Source: Octopus sinensis (Eukaryota). Taken from it: a stretch of 64,000 nt of DNA. The DNA lies in the NCBI RefSeq assembly GCF_006345805.1, contig NC_043000.1, positions 108,624,001-108,688,000 on the forward strand. The letters are read 5' to 3'. Positions 11,438 to 24,296 of the stretch are shown one piece after another; the first letter of the stretch is position 1, and each line of letters opens with the position of its first letter. Made by a program: the position numbers and the translations under genes. The notes under the pieces are model-generated. The model worked only from the letters and a program-made list of their open reading frames with translations, searched no databases and was not told the DNA's origin.

Positions 11438-13770
11438 GTAAGAACAAATACTTGTGTCTTTATTCATTTTTCTTTGTAAATTAGAAAGAAAAGGCAATGG
11501 AAGAGAAAGGGTAGAGTCTTTGACTGTGACAGACTGCCCTTCCAGTCTAGGTGAGATTGCTAGAATTAATCATTTCCTTGTCTATTTGTGTAGTGGAAAA
11601 AAAATTTGTAGTGAGCTGAAAGACTGGTTTGAATGATTGCTATAGAATGAATTCTACTGAAAGCAGCTAGAGACCAGGTTTGTGGTATGCTGTTGTGGCT
11701 CCTGACTTAGAAGATATCAAACTAAGAAATGAACAGAGGAGAATTTGAATGGAAACGTGTAATCTAGGAAGTTTATGCCTTTTAACATGAATCCCTTGCT
11801 TTGCTTCAAGACACACGCGTAAGCACATATGCATAAACATATGAATATATCTATAGCCAATGTGCAAGCTATATCTCCTGGATGAGTTGAGATGCATTCT
11901 TAGTGATGTAGACTAGGAAGGTAAAGTATTTTGGGATAATTTAACATTAGATACCCTTGTCTAGGAGACTTAACCAAGATTTATCAGGCTCCAGCTTTCA
12001 TCCCTGCAACCCCTGTCAACTTATCAACCCTTTTAATTCTGTTTCACATGGTAGCTATCTCTTAGTTTTTGCTCACAGATTGAATGGCCACCTTTGTTTT
12101 TTTGGGTTTTTTTCTTAATTCATCCTAAAATGCATTAAATGCTCAAATGGTTGATGTTTTTGCAAAGTGAATACCCGGAATAAGAATTTCTCACTCACTT
12201 CTATTAGGTTAAGGTGCATTTTTCAGTCTCTGTTCTGGCATTTCTATCCTCATCTGCACATTTCTTACTCATTTTCCAAACTACGGTAAATTCCGGCACA
12301 ACCAGTTGTTTTATTATCCCAGAACTGATGATCATGTCTGTTTTGGACTGATCTTGGTGCTTGCCTAAATCAACATGTAGTTGCCTGTCAAAGGCTCTGC
12401 AGAAGGACTCTCTCTTCATTTTTGCTTCATCACCTGCTACCAATCACCTCCCTCATCCATGCTTCCTCCAGCTTTTATTCACAATTAATTACACCTCCAT
12501 CCATATTCATCACTCACTGCATTCACTTCTAACCTCATCTGCCACACGCTCGTGAATATGCTTACCTACTCATTCATCCCTATCCAATCCTCTGAACCTT
12601 TTCTCACCTTCCCTCACATATCTTCACCACCATCTTCTCCCTTTTCCAACTGGGATAACCATGTACCTCCCCTACATACTTTAACCTCTCATTTCCTAGC
12701 ATAAAGTCACCTCCCTCAGTTGAGAGGTCTTGTGGGTTACTCGGGATTGAACTCAGTTCACTTTGTAAACTGGCATTTGGAAGGGCATCCAGCCGTAGAA
12801 ACCATGTCAAAGCAGCTGGGTGCAGTCCTTTGGCTGGCTTGCTAGCTTCTGTTCAATCATCAAGCCCATGCCACCGGCACAGAAAACACATTAAATGATG
12901 ATGATGATGGTGGTGGTGATGATGATCACTTACACACATATTCACTCACACACACAATCACTCACGCACACACACTCACTGACTCACTCACACACACACA
13001 CACACACACAGTCACTCACTGACTCACTTGCAACACACACACACACACACATAACGATGTTGCTTCAGCCCCAGGTAGGCTTTGATTGAGTAGATATAAA
13101 ATATATTCAAGCAGTTGCAATCTTGACTTTTTTCCAGGTTTCCTATATCAGATGCTGCACTATCCAAAGGGTCCATTTCATTTTTAAGAAGGAAATGGTT
13201 ACTTTATCCAATGAGTTAAGTAACCATGTATGAGAAGTTCCCTGTTTGAAGAAAGTAGTTCTATCGATAACGACTGCAATATCGGTGGTGGTGGCAGTGG
13301 CCATATTGGAACTTGTGTTGGTAGTATTGATAGTTCTTGTTATTTAGTTAGAAAAAGATAATACATTGGCAGAATCATTAGAGCATTGACTAAACCCCTT
13401 GCACTATATATTCTGGCTCTTTACATTCTGAGTTCAATTCCTGCCAAGGCCAACTTTACCTTTCATCGTTTTGGGCTTCATAAAATAAGTTCCAGTTGAG
13501 TGCTGGGGGTCAATATGTTCAACTTATCCACCCCTCCTCTTAAATTGCTGGCCTTGTACCTAAATTTGAAACCAATATGTAGTTTCAGTCCTTGTGTTTT
13601 GAGTTCAAATCCCACCAAGGTTAACTTTGTCTTTCACTCTTTCAGGGTCAATAGAATTCATAAAGCATCAGTCAATAATTGGGATCAACGTTATCGAATA
13701 AACATTGCTCTTAAAATTTCTGAACTTCTGCCTTCATTAGAAATTATTACTTTGTCAGTAGGGTGCGAAA

Positions 13771-14127
13771 CTAGTTCAGGTGGCAAGCTAATGCAGGTGG
13801 CAAGTTATTTCAGGTGGAAAGCTAGTTCAGGTGGAAAGCTAGTTCAGGTGGCAAGTTAATTCAGGTGGAAAGCTAGTTCAGGTGGAAAGCTAATGCAGGT
13901 GGAAAGCTAATGCAGGTGGCAAGTTATTTCAGGTGGCAAGTTAATGCAGGTGGCAAGCTAGTTCAGGTGGCAAGTTGATTCAGGTGGAAAGCTAGTTCAG
14001 ATGGCAAGTTAATTCAGGTGGAAAGCTAGTTCAGGTGGCAAGTTAATTCAGGTGGAAAGCTAGTTCAGGTGGCAAGTTAATTCAGGTGGAAAGTTATTTC
14101 AGGTGGCAAGTTAATTCAGGTGGCAAG
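13771..14127 (+). repeat. Minisatellite, 21 x 17 bp, consensus YTADTKCAGGTGGMAAG
   Basis: Contiguous 17-bp units counted directly. No unique spacers. Confidence 0.95.
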
Positions 14128-15420
14128 CTGGAAGAATCCTCAGTTTTATTTCTTTTGAATCCATGTTTGGAGTTCAAATACTGCTGATGTTAACTTTAAC
14201 CTTTCGTCCTTTGGGGGCTAAAATAAAATAAGTACCATTTGAACACTGGGTTCAAAGCAGTTAATTTAATTAATTTAAAATTGTTGTCTTTGTACCAAAA
14301 ACTAAAAATAATCATTTTGTCAGAAAAAAGAGACAGCACTCAATGACCTCTGCATCCCATTCACAGATGAGTGAGATGAATGCGATTGGATATGACAGGT
14401 TCTAGAGGGAGGAGGGCATATCTGGGATGGAAGATTAAGGGAAGTTTTTTGTTTTAGGACTAGAGGTTTGAAAGATAGAGGTGGCAATTAGCTGTGGGAT
14501 GGGTTCTCTTGGAGTATAAGGTTCCTTCATTGTTTTTGTCATTGAGCAGACATATAATGAAAGGAATTTCATCCATAACCTTCTTGTCTTTTTGCGAGAT
14601 GAAGGAAACCCTGGAGTATATTAATCTATAGAATAGACTTGTGCATAGTTTCCATCTGCCAAATGCGCAAGGCCAAGGATTGAACCTTAAACTATGAGGC
14701 TGCAAAGTAAATTCTTTAACTACACAGCAATGCCTGCACTTGTATTTGATATTCCACCATGATAAGTATGACATTTACGAATTCTAATTTCCGCTTGTGC
14801 CATTTTTTTTTATAAGTGTGGGATATGAATTTAGTCGATTAAATAATTAGCCATTTATTACTAGTGCTTGATCAATTGATTGTAGAAGGATAACGACCCA
14901 AATTGGTGACCTCTTGAAATGTAAAAGGAAAAACAAAACCAACTTCTGCAAAACATTTTAGTCCAGTGTTCTCATATTTCTGCCAATCAACACAACACCC
15001 TCCTACGTAGTGTTACTGGACGACTGATGATCAACAGTTGAAATTATATTCTGATCAACTGACCAAAATTACTTCATCATCCATCATTTATCAGAATTGA
15101 CAAGAAGAGGAAATTTTTGAAACTCAAATTGATACAATGTAATTATGAAACGCAATTGAGTGAGACAAGGAAAAAAGGAAAGGAAAAGGAAACAGGATAA
15201 TTATTTCTCGACAATCATATTGTTATAGACACATCAAAGTAGAAATTGTGTCATAGAGATTGAGATAGAGATCTTATTAAGTGGTGTTATTGATGGTGAA
15301 GGCATTGGAAATATGGGTAAATGTTGTTGAGCAAATAAATCTTTAAAACTGACATTTGTAAACATGAAACACTGCACAATTTATTTGCTAGTAATTATTG
15401 TAATTATCTTCTAAGATGGC

Positions 15421-15451
<31 letters not shown>

Positions 15452-15594
15452 GATGATGATGATGGTGGTGCTTGTGATATTACTGGTTGCAGATGTAGTG
15501 AATATGATAGACAAAGAAACTCCTGCATATAGACTGTTGTATATTTTCTGTTTGATTTAAAAAATTTTTGTTACAGAAGTGGCTTTAGAAGATC

Positions 15595-15730
15595 ATCATC
15601 AGCAGCAGCAGCAGCAGCATCAACAACACCATCCACCATCACCACTGCTGCTGCCTCCACCACTGCTGCTGCCTCCACCACCACTAACATCACCACCTTC
15701 CACTACCACCACCACCACCACCACCACCAT
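15595..15730. repeat. (CAG)n/(CCA)n compound trinucleotide tract
   Basis: Seen directly. A (GTT)/(GGT)/(GAT) tract also lies at 15420-15470. Confidence 0.9.
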
Positions 15731-16639
15731 TTTTGTGCCTGCTTTCCCAAGCTGGGATGAGAGACCTCATCCATAGTCAAAATTAAGGAAAGGTTTCCAA
15801 AAGGTCCATTGATTGTTCTATAGCCAGGTGCCCTTCCTTAAGTCAGACCTTCAGCACATTTCTTATGATGTGTAGTGATAGTGTTCTATTCTAAAAACTA
15901 GAATACACATGCTCTAACCATCAGTTATTTGGAGTTTTAGTGTATGTTGAAACTATGTATAGCTAATACCTTCAACGCAAAAGGATTTTGAGACATATAT
16001 TTATCATCATCATTATCATCATCATAATACATCTATTTGCATGTGTAAGACGAAATTTGTTTGTTTTCAAACTAGGTAATAGTTTTCTCATGGCCAGATT
16101 TTTTTTTTTTCACTGAAGACTTGAAATTAATTTGATGACAATGATGTTTATTTACAACTATCTAATGATGTCAAGACAAGGTTACACACACACGCATACA
16201 TATAAACACACACACATATATATACACACACACACACATTCAATAGTCTAGTTTCAGTTTCTCTCTGCCAAATCTACCAATAAGGGTTTTGTCAACCTGG
16301 GACTATAGTGGAAGACACACCTGTGCAAGGTATCACACAGAAAGCGAACAAGACTAAGATAATAAATTAATAATTCTTTCTAATTTTGGCCCAAAGCCAG
16401 CAGTTTTGAGGATAGGGACAATTTGATTCTAATGACCCCAGTACTTGACTGGTACTTCATTATATCAACCCCAAAAGGATGAAAGGCAAAGTTGACCTAA
16501 TATGCTAATAATAAAGACAGATACCTACAATGTTTGGATAGTCAATGAAGGCTACTTATACATATCTATATAATATCAGGTTCACATAAACTGCAAATTT
16601 AAAATCATTGAATATCCTGCCGTTGCATCTAACCTTTTT

Positions 16640-17120
16640 TTCACATAAAACTTACCCTCTGGAAACCTGACATCACAATATAAAACTGACAAGTGATTTC
16701 AAGGGTTCTTCTTAGAATCACGAAAATTTTAATGTCAACTTTTCCATGGGCCTGATGCAATTTGTTGAGGCAGATGTTTCTATGGCTGAATATCCTTCCT
16801 GTTACCAATTCTCTTTCCAAGTCAAGTAAGATTTCTGCCATGAGTAGACATGTTTTCGTGGAAGATTAACAACAAACTACACAGCTTGCGTGACACTGAC
16901 ACTTGCTTACAGCTACCCTGCAAAGTCAATGCAATGAAATAGTAATATACACATGCACATACGCATGCATGCACACACACACAATGTGTTTCTTTCACTT
17001 TCCATCTACTAAATCTAGCTAGAGTAGAAGACACTTGCCCAAGCTACCACACAATAGGACTGAACCCAAGACTATGAGGTTGGAAAACAAACTTCTTACC
17101 ACACAGCCATGCTTGCACCT
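16640..17120 (-). mobile_element. SINE family A with RTE-like 3' tail
   Basis: Head matches 25708-25560. The tail (cagccatagaaacatctgcc...atggaaagttgacattaa) resembles the RTE 3' end at 9850-9990. Similar copies at 45190-45520 (+) and 50335-50720 (+). Confidence 0.7.
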
Positions 17121-17829
17121 ATCTAATGTTGAGTATAACTACTCCCATTGGTAAACGCGGGCATCCAGAGATAGAATGGTACCCGATCTCTCCTCCACTT
17201 GTTCTTATCTAATATAAAAGAGTAGTCCAAAGTGTAAGGGATGCTGAGTCAACACTGGCAATAGGCTTTCGTCATTGGTCCCTTTCCATCATAACAGCTA
17301 CATTTAATTTGATATTACATTTATTATTAAGTTTAATATTACATCTGGTTCGATCATCATTCATTTGTGGAGTCTCTTTCACAAAACTTCTCTGATACAA
17401 TAAAACACTGTTGCTGTAGCCTGGAGAGGAGGGTGCAGAAAATGGGATCGGCGAAACACTTTTGGGTCAGCTGCATAAGTCTATGTATGCTTTGTAGAGT
17501 GGGGGGACCTTATGTGATGGGGATTAACTCAAGAGTCTGTACTTGGTGGCACACATTCTAGCTATGCTTCTGACCTGTAGTTTGGTTTTTGTGATTCAAA
17601 AGGGTGACCAGGGATATGCTTTGTTTTTCTCATGACATGTCAAACACAATATTTATTTTTTCCCAGTCATTACTATCATCGAACTACAAACAGTGACACC
17701 ATTAAGTAAATGATCATCACTCCCATCAATTTCAATGTATTACTGTTTGAAAGAGTGGATTTAAAAAATAAAAATGTGAGACAAAGAATAAAAACTTTAA
17801 AAATAAAATATAAAAGAAGCTGCATCTGT

Positions 17830-20760
17830 CTTCAATGGATGTGTGAATGAAATTCGGGTCCAGGTATGGACTTTGCTCTATAGTCACCCTGGGGACACTG
17901 GTGATTTTGATTTTGCCTGAGATTGGCCAACTGCGTCTGTTGATTGCGGGATAGAACTTTTTTCTTGTTCTGTTTCTTCAATTCAAATTGTTTGGTGCAT
18001 CATCACACATTTTAGGTTATGCAGATTGATCTCGGCAATGAGTTTCCCAAGATGACAAATTAAGTTGTAGAGACTTTGGTGATTTCTTCAACTTACCATT
18101 ATATCCAAGGACTGGGCTTCCTTTACCATGTTATCCCTATGTTTGTTGACCATATAAAAGCAGTTTTGGAATACAGTCATCTTTCATTTGAACATGTCCT
18201 GCCCATCTGCACTGAATGCCCAGCAGCATGCATCTGATACTAGAGATATGATATTTTTTAAAGATTTTGATATTTCATATCTTATCTTGCCATTTTATGT
18301 TGCAGATATTCTGCAGACAGCAGATGTGAAAGGTTTCAAGTTGCTTTATATGTCTGTAGCAAGGAGTCGATGCTTCTGCCCCATATAACAGTCTGCTCAA
18401 AATCCAAGATTTGCTTATTTTAGTTCTCAGACACACACTGTTGTCATTCCATAAATGAGGGGAAAGTTTTCCAAAAGCCTTTGTAGCCTTAGATATTCTA
18501 ATATTAGTTTCATCATCAAGACTACTCGTTTACCATCAATCATAACATTTTAATCTTGATCCATGTTCTGCCCCAAGCCTTGGTTGCAATAAAACTTCAG
18601 TCTTTTCAATCCAGACAGTCAGCCCAAATGCATAAATTGTCGCAGCAAACCTGTCAGCTGTTTCCTGAATTCCCAGAAATGTATGAGAAACCAAAATGCA
18701 ATCATCAGCAGAAAGTCAGTTACATAGAATCTCTCCCTTGGTCGTTTTCTTTGATCTGAAACTTTGCCCTTTTACCTTTAGTAGACCTCCTTTTTTACAC
18801 CTTCATGGTTATCCCTAAAAGCATGTTGGAGCATCATTGAAAAGAATATGGAAAAAAGTACAGGGGCTAAAATACATCCCTATTTGTTTCCAGTGGCACC
18901 AGAAAATGCCTCTGAGCATTGACTGTTAGATCTCACTGTGACCATCATTCCTTTGTGCACCCTCGTGTTATCCTTATTCTTTTATCAAGAGGACCAACTT
19001 TTGACAAAATTTTCCAGAGCATCTCACAATTCACAGTATCAAAGGCCTTGGTCAAATTGACACAGGCAATGCACAAGTCAGTATTTTGTTCATGTGCCTT
19101 TTCTTGAATTTGCCAAAAGACAAAAATTATGTCAGTTGTGCCTCTCCCAGCCCAAAATCCACATTGGGGTTCAAGATCTATGCTGTTTACTACTTGCTTA
19201 TTAATGCAGTTAAGGATCACCCTCGTAAGGTTTTTTCCAGCTATGCACAACAAACTTATTCCCCTATGATTATCACATCCACTCTTCTTCCCCTTGTTGT
19301 TGTACTGGTGCCTTATGGATGCATCTCTGAATTATAGGGGGGTGGGGATAGATTCAGTTACTCAGATTAAACAGATCAATTTCTGCAGCTTTCTTACAAA
19401 TAGTCTACTACCATGATTGTACACTTCAATGAGAATACTGTCTTGTCCAGGAGCTTTACCATTGGAATACTTTTTGATCCAAAGAAGGATCTTCTGCAAG
19501 TTCCTCAATTATAGGCCTTTGAAGGATTTCATTGATAAGTTCAGGATCAGAAGTGAATTCTTGATTTAATATAGATTTAAAATGTTCAGCCCATCTTTTC
19601 AGAATTTCACGTTTCCTACTTAAGGGTTTTCACCTGCCATTTGAAAGAACTGATTCCGTACCACCCCGTTTTTTAGACCAAATACACCTTTCACACTGTC
19701 ATACAATGCTCTTATGGTGTAAGAGTTAGCAGCCTGTTCCAATTCTTGGGCTTTTTTTTACCCACCAAGAATCTTTCCTCTCATGCAGCTTTTTCTTAGT
19801 AGTTTTCTCAGAGATGTATAGAGATATGTGTGATGGTGAGCTTTTGTTTGAGATTCATGTCTTGTGTCTTTTGTGCATAGTTTTCAGAAGTTTCATTTGA
19901 GAATCATTCTCATCAAACCAATTTTGATGCTTGTCTTTGCTCAATCCTAGAACTTCTTCAGTGGATGATTTGATGCCGTCACAAATATTTTGCCCCAAAA
20001 TATGAGGATCATTGCTTTCTGCCATGTTCTGAAGCTCTGACTTTAGATGCATTTCAAAACTTTTGTTATTTCTGGAGTATTTTTTTCTCAAAGGTATACT
20101 GGATCTCAGTGGTCTCTTTGTATATGGTTTAGCAAATACCTTACTACAGACTATTCTGTGATTTGAGTAACACTCAGGAGTTTTGTGAGTTTTGGTTAAT
20201 CTGAAATCACTGCAATCTTTGCTCTTAGTGATGACATAGTCTCAGACAGGTTCCAGTTACCATATCAGGGGTGCTTCCAGGTGTTTTTGTATTTATCTGC
20301 CTACAGAAAGCCTGTGTTTGTGATTGTTAGACCAAACTTTTAACAGAAAGACCAAACCTCTTGCATTCTTCATTCTTGTTCAATGGTTTCCTATCACTTT
20401 TGACAACACTGTGTGTTTGTGACTTATTCTGGCATTAAAATCACCCATCAATATGACTTTGTCAGGACATGATGCCAAATGTCTGAAATTCAGAGTAGAA
20501 GATTTTATGTTTTTGCTTGGATGCTGATAATGTAAGTGCATATACACTGATAATGTGTGCTTCGATGAGGAATTACCTCTGGGTATATGGAATGTCATGA
20601 GATGGTCATGTGGGACTCTGGCTAAGAACTTTCAGCAACATCCTTTACACGTTCCTGTCACCATAGGACTTTCAGCTTGCTTTTAAATTACCCCAACAGT
20701 GAATTTGTTGTAAGTGGTACAGGCTCATGTCACCCGTCACACCGTCTTCTCCAAATATCC
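17830..20760 (-). mobile_element. Degenerate RTE-clade LINE
   Basis: EN motif DKVILMGDFNARI (20380-20598). RT motifs EPQCGF-x2-GRGTTDIIF-x3-QIQEKA-x-EQ and LTKAFDTVN (18945-19253). Confidence 0.82.
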
Positions 20761-21390
20761 TAGACTCCAGTTCATATGGATGCCACATATGGGAAAGGCT
20801 GTCTGGATGCCGGGCTGGTGGTTCGGGAGTGCTGAAGATGGAATTTGCTCAGGCTTTAATAACAGATGAAGCCTCTACACCTAATACAAAATAACAATAA
20901 TCATAATAAGGATAATGACAGCAACAACAACAATAAAAATATAAATAGATAAATAAAATAATAAACAAAGCAATAACCTAAAATATTGTCATTGCTGTTC
21001 ATATGATGTCTATGGTTTTCCACTGGGTAACAGATAACATTGGATGCTTCATATCCTCCTGGCCCATGGTTCTTCTGCCTTCATCCCAATAATAATAATC
21101 CTTTCTACTATAGGCATAAGACCTGGATTTTTGTGGAGAGGGCAATCGATGACATCGACCCCAGTATTTGACTGGTACTTAATTTATTGACATGGAAAGG
21201 ATGGAAAACAAAGTCGATCTTCATGAAATTTGAACTCAGACAAAATACCGCTAAGCATTTTACCTGGCATGCTAACAATTCTACCATCTCATCGCCTTAA
21301 TAATAATAATAATATAGATGTTACTCTATACGCACTTTCTGACAAGTTGTGGTGCACCTGAGCACTGTATACAATAATTTCATTATTATC

Positions 21391-21931
21391 ATGTTTTCAA
21401 TCTAGTTTAGATTCTTTGCCATCAAATTTGAATTCTTTGCAATCAAATTTGAATTTTTCAATTGGTGCTCAAGCCTTGCCGTAAGGGAATACATGTCTAT
21501 CTTATCTAACTCATCTAGTAGAGCCCACCAATTGATATCTGAAAAGTTCGATGAAATAACTCATGAACACTACGATAGCTTCTACCAACAGATGCTCTGT
21601 AATGTCGACAGGTCTGAACAAGGGGAGATAATAAACGAATGATTCTTTTTCTATTATCTCCCCTTATTCAGACCAGTCGACGACGTAAATATGTTGAAGT
21701 ATCTTTTGGTAGAAGCTATTGCAGTGTTCATGAGTTATTTCATCGAACTCTTCAGAGATCAATTGGTGGGCTCTACTAGATGAGTTAGATAAGATAGACA
21801 TGTATTCCCTTACGGCCGATGAAGTTTAACTCTTAGTTTTTTTCAAGGCTTGAGCACCAATTGAAAAATTCAAAGTTGATTGCAAAGAATTCAAAGTTGA
21901 TTGCAAAGAATTCAAATTAGATCGAAAACAT
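21391..21931. repeat. Fold-back palindrome of about 540 bp (arms 21391-21633 and 21652-21931)
   Basis: The arms are reverse-complementary over about 240 bp with an 18-nt loop. Internal 21-bp repeats (aattcaaagttgattgcaaag). No TSD recognised. Confidence 0.9.
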
Positions 21932-22198
21932 CTATAATAATAATAATAATAATCCTTTCTACTAGAAATTTATGGAGAGGGGACTAGTCGATTACATTGA
22001 CTTCAGTGTTTCACTGCTACTTAATTTATTGACCCCAAAAGGATGAAAGGCAAAGTCGACCTTGGTAGAATTTGAACTCAGAACGTAGCGGCAGACAAAA
22101 TACTGTTAAGCATTTCACTCAGCATGTTAACCATTCTGCTAGCTTGCCACCTTAATAATAATAATAATTATTAAATGACTATGATGAATTGATGTAGG

Positions 22199-22430
22199 AT
22201 GAACAACTATGATGAATTGAAGTGGGAAATACAGAGGTTGAAAAGAGTGGGCTTGATACCAAGAGTGACTTGTGCACTTGGAAGTATCAGCACTCAACTA
22301 CCAGCGTGGTTCAAAAAAGATTGTTACAAATGTAAAGATAGAACAGCTACAAAAAAATCACCATTGCTTGAAGCTGCAAGAGTTCTCACCAGGCTTCTTA
22401 AAGCCTGATCTGTAAACAAGTGTCACCTTG
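22199..22430 (+). mobile_element. RLE-type non-LTR retrotransposon 3' fragment
   Basis: NYDELKWEIQRL...IP-x-VTCALG...LLEAARVL resembles the RLE C-terminal KY-x2-L...IP-x-V-x-GALG...LL-x-TARI pattern. Confidence 0.6.
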
Positions 22431-22829
22431 GTCTCATGGCTGTAAGCAATTGCCATTTTCATCATGTCCAGCAAAATAAGCTGAGAATTTTCATGAAATA
22501 ATAATCTTGATCTTTTCTTCTATGAGCATAAGGCCTGAAAGAGTTTTAGTGGGTGGTGGTGGTGGCCAGTTGATTACATCAACCCTTATTCTTGACTGGT
22601 ACTTAATTTATTGATCCCTGAAGGGACGAAAGCAAAGTTGATCTTGATGGAATTTGAACTACTGTTTTTATAAGAATAAATTCTGTACTTATCATGTTGT
22701 AAGCAACTATTGTTGTTGTTGTTGTTTAACATTGGGTGAGATCTGATTGAACAAATCTCTGACCAAAGACATTCAAACTCTGACCATTTCCAACTTTTTT
22801 TAAATAATGATAAACATGGGAACACCTGC

Positions 22830-22869
<40 letters not shown>

Positions 22870-23026
22870 GGCATTATTATACAAAGATGCCACACGCATC
22901 TATATATAAATTAATATGTTCAATAAGAAAGAATTATTTTCGAAATTTTTCTCTTATGAGGTTTTTCACGCTATCTACCTGATAATTTCTTATTAAGATT
23001 CCTTATTAAGAAGTTGTCCTTAATTG

Positions 23027-23063
<37 letters not shown>

Positions 23064-23411
23064 TGTGTTCCCATGTTTATCATTATTTTTTAAGAAAAAA
23101 GAAGGGCAAGTTGAATCCCGTAGTTTTAGATATGAGTCTGGGGGAAGGGTTGAAACAAGTTAAAAATCTTCAATAATGAAAAGAATTTAAAAAACCACAT
23201 TTTTTATAGAAAAATATATTTAAATTGGTGTAGACTGTAATAATTGTGTTCTTTTATTTTAAAAAATCACTCATAATTAATTCATAAACTGCTTTCTTTG
23301 AGACTGGCCTCACCAAATCCAGAGGGCACAAGAAGGCCATGGGCAGGGGCACTTTCTCTTGACCATTGAAAAAGAAAAGATCATTTATTACCTTATGGTG
23401 ACACTTTAAAG

Positions 23412-23543
23412 CAGTGGTTTGCAGCCTTCCTACCATGACGAACCCATTTTATTGAAATGAATCATCCTACTGATCCCAGGCTTCAACAAGTTTTCAATTC
23501 ATGGAACCTCAAGGATCTGCAGACCACAAACTGAAAACTGCTG
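23412..23543. mobile_element. hAT (Charlie-like) MITE
   Basis: Termini CAGTGGTTT...AAAACTGCTG with 8-bp TSD ctttaaag / ttttaaag. Confidence 0.7.
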
Positions 23544-24063
23544 TTTTAAAGTTTAGACAAACTGTAGTTGCAGATCAAGTCTTACTCTCCAAACCGGGAC
23601 TAATTTAGTGAATTAATTAAATCCATTTATCTTAATTAATGAGCCAATCATTTTATGATTTCATTTCTTATTTTATACTTTTTTGTTTAATTCTTTATAA
23701 TCTTTTACATTTCTCTTTTTCTTTTTCTCCTCCCCATTTCCCTTATTCACCTCTGCCTCTTCCCTATTTTCCTCTCCTTCCCTCCTTCTCTTTCTCCTCC
23801 TCCTCTCATTCCACCTCTTTCTATTCCTCATACTGCCTACTCTTTCTCATACAAACTCTCCCTTTCTATACTTATCTTCTTTTCTTCTGTTTACCTTATT
23901 AATCTCCCCCGAATCTCTCTCTCTCTCTCTTTCCATCACTATCCTAACTTTACCCTCTACACTCTCTCTCACACACAAATACTCATTACATCTTGTCCTT
24001 CATCCCCACCCCTCCTACCTCCAATCCAATCCCTACTCAAATTCCTTCCCCCTCTTCTTACAG

Positions 24064-24296
24064 GTATCTTCGGAGTGTTCACGTTAGTAATCACCTACAC
24101 AAAGCGGACCTATGAAATCGAGGACTGCTTCTACTTTGTGACAATCCCGCCCCAATTGTGCTATACTCGACAAATCACTTATGGATATCCAATAACTCTC
24201 ATGTGGATTGGTGTGTTTTTCTGCGTCGCTACATGTGCTATTTGGATATTTCTTGCTCGAGCTTTAACAGTCATCAAGTCTAAAGTGATGATGTGA
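24064..24296 (+). CDS. Last (or penultimate) coding exon of the same claudin-clan protein (TM3 end, ECL2, TM4, C-tail)
   Basis: Long pyrimidine tract then cag at 24061-24063. G|GT gives Gly in phase with the 11437 donor. Encodes GIFGVFTLVITYTKRTYEIEDCFYFVTIPPQLCYTRQITYGYPITLMWIGVFFCVATCAIWIFLARALTVIKSKVMM*. The YGY-x4-W-x-G pattern before TM4 is typical of the clan. Subfamily not assignable by eye. Confidence 0.85.

Noticed and set aside
13771-14127. CRISPR-like array
   Set aside because: The units are contiguous with no unique spacers, no cas genes are present, the context is eukaryotic, and the origin from a SINE end is visible.
15019-15056. CTGATGA...GAAA...TC hammerhead-like string
   Set aside because: Stem II cannot close a loop and stem I has two mismatches in five. 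Compatible with chance.
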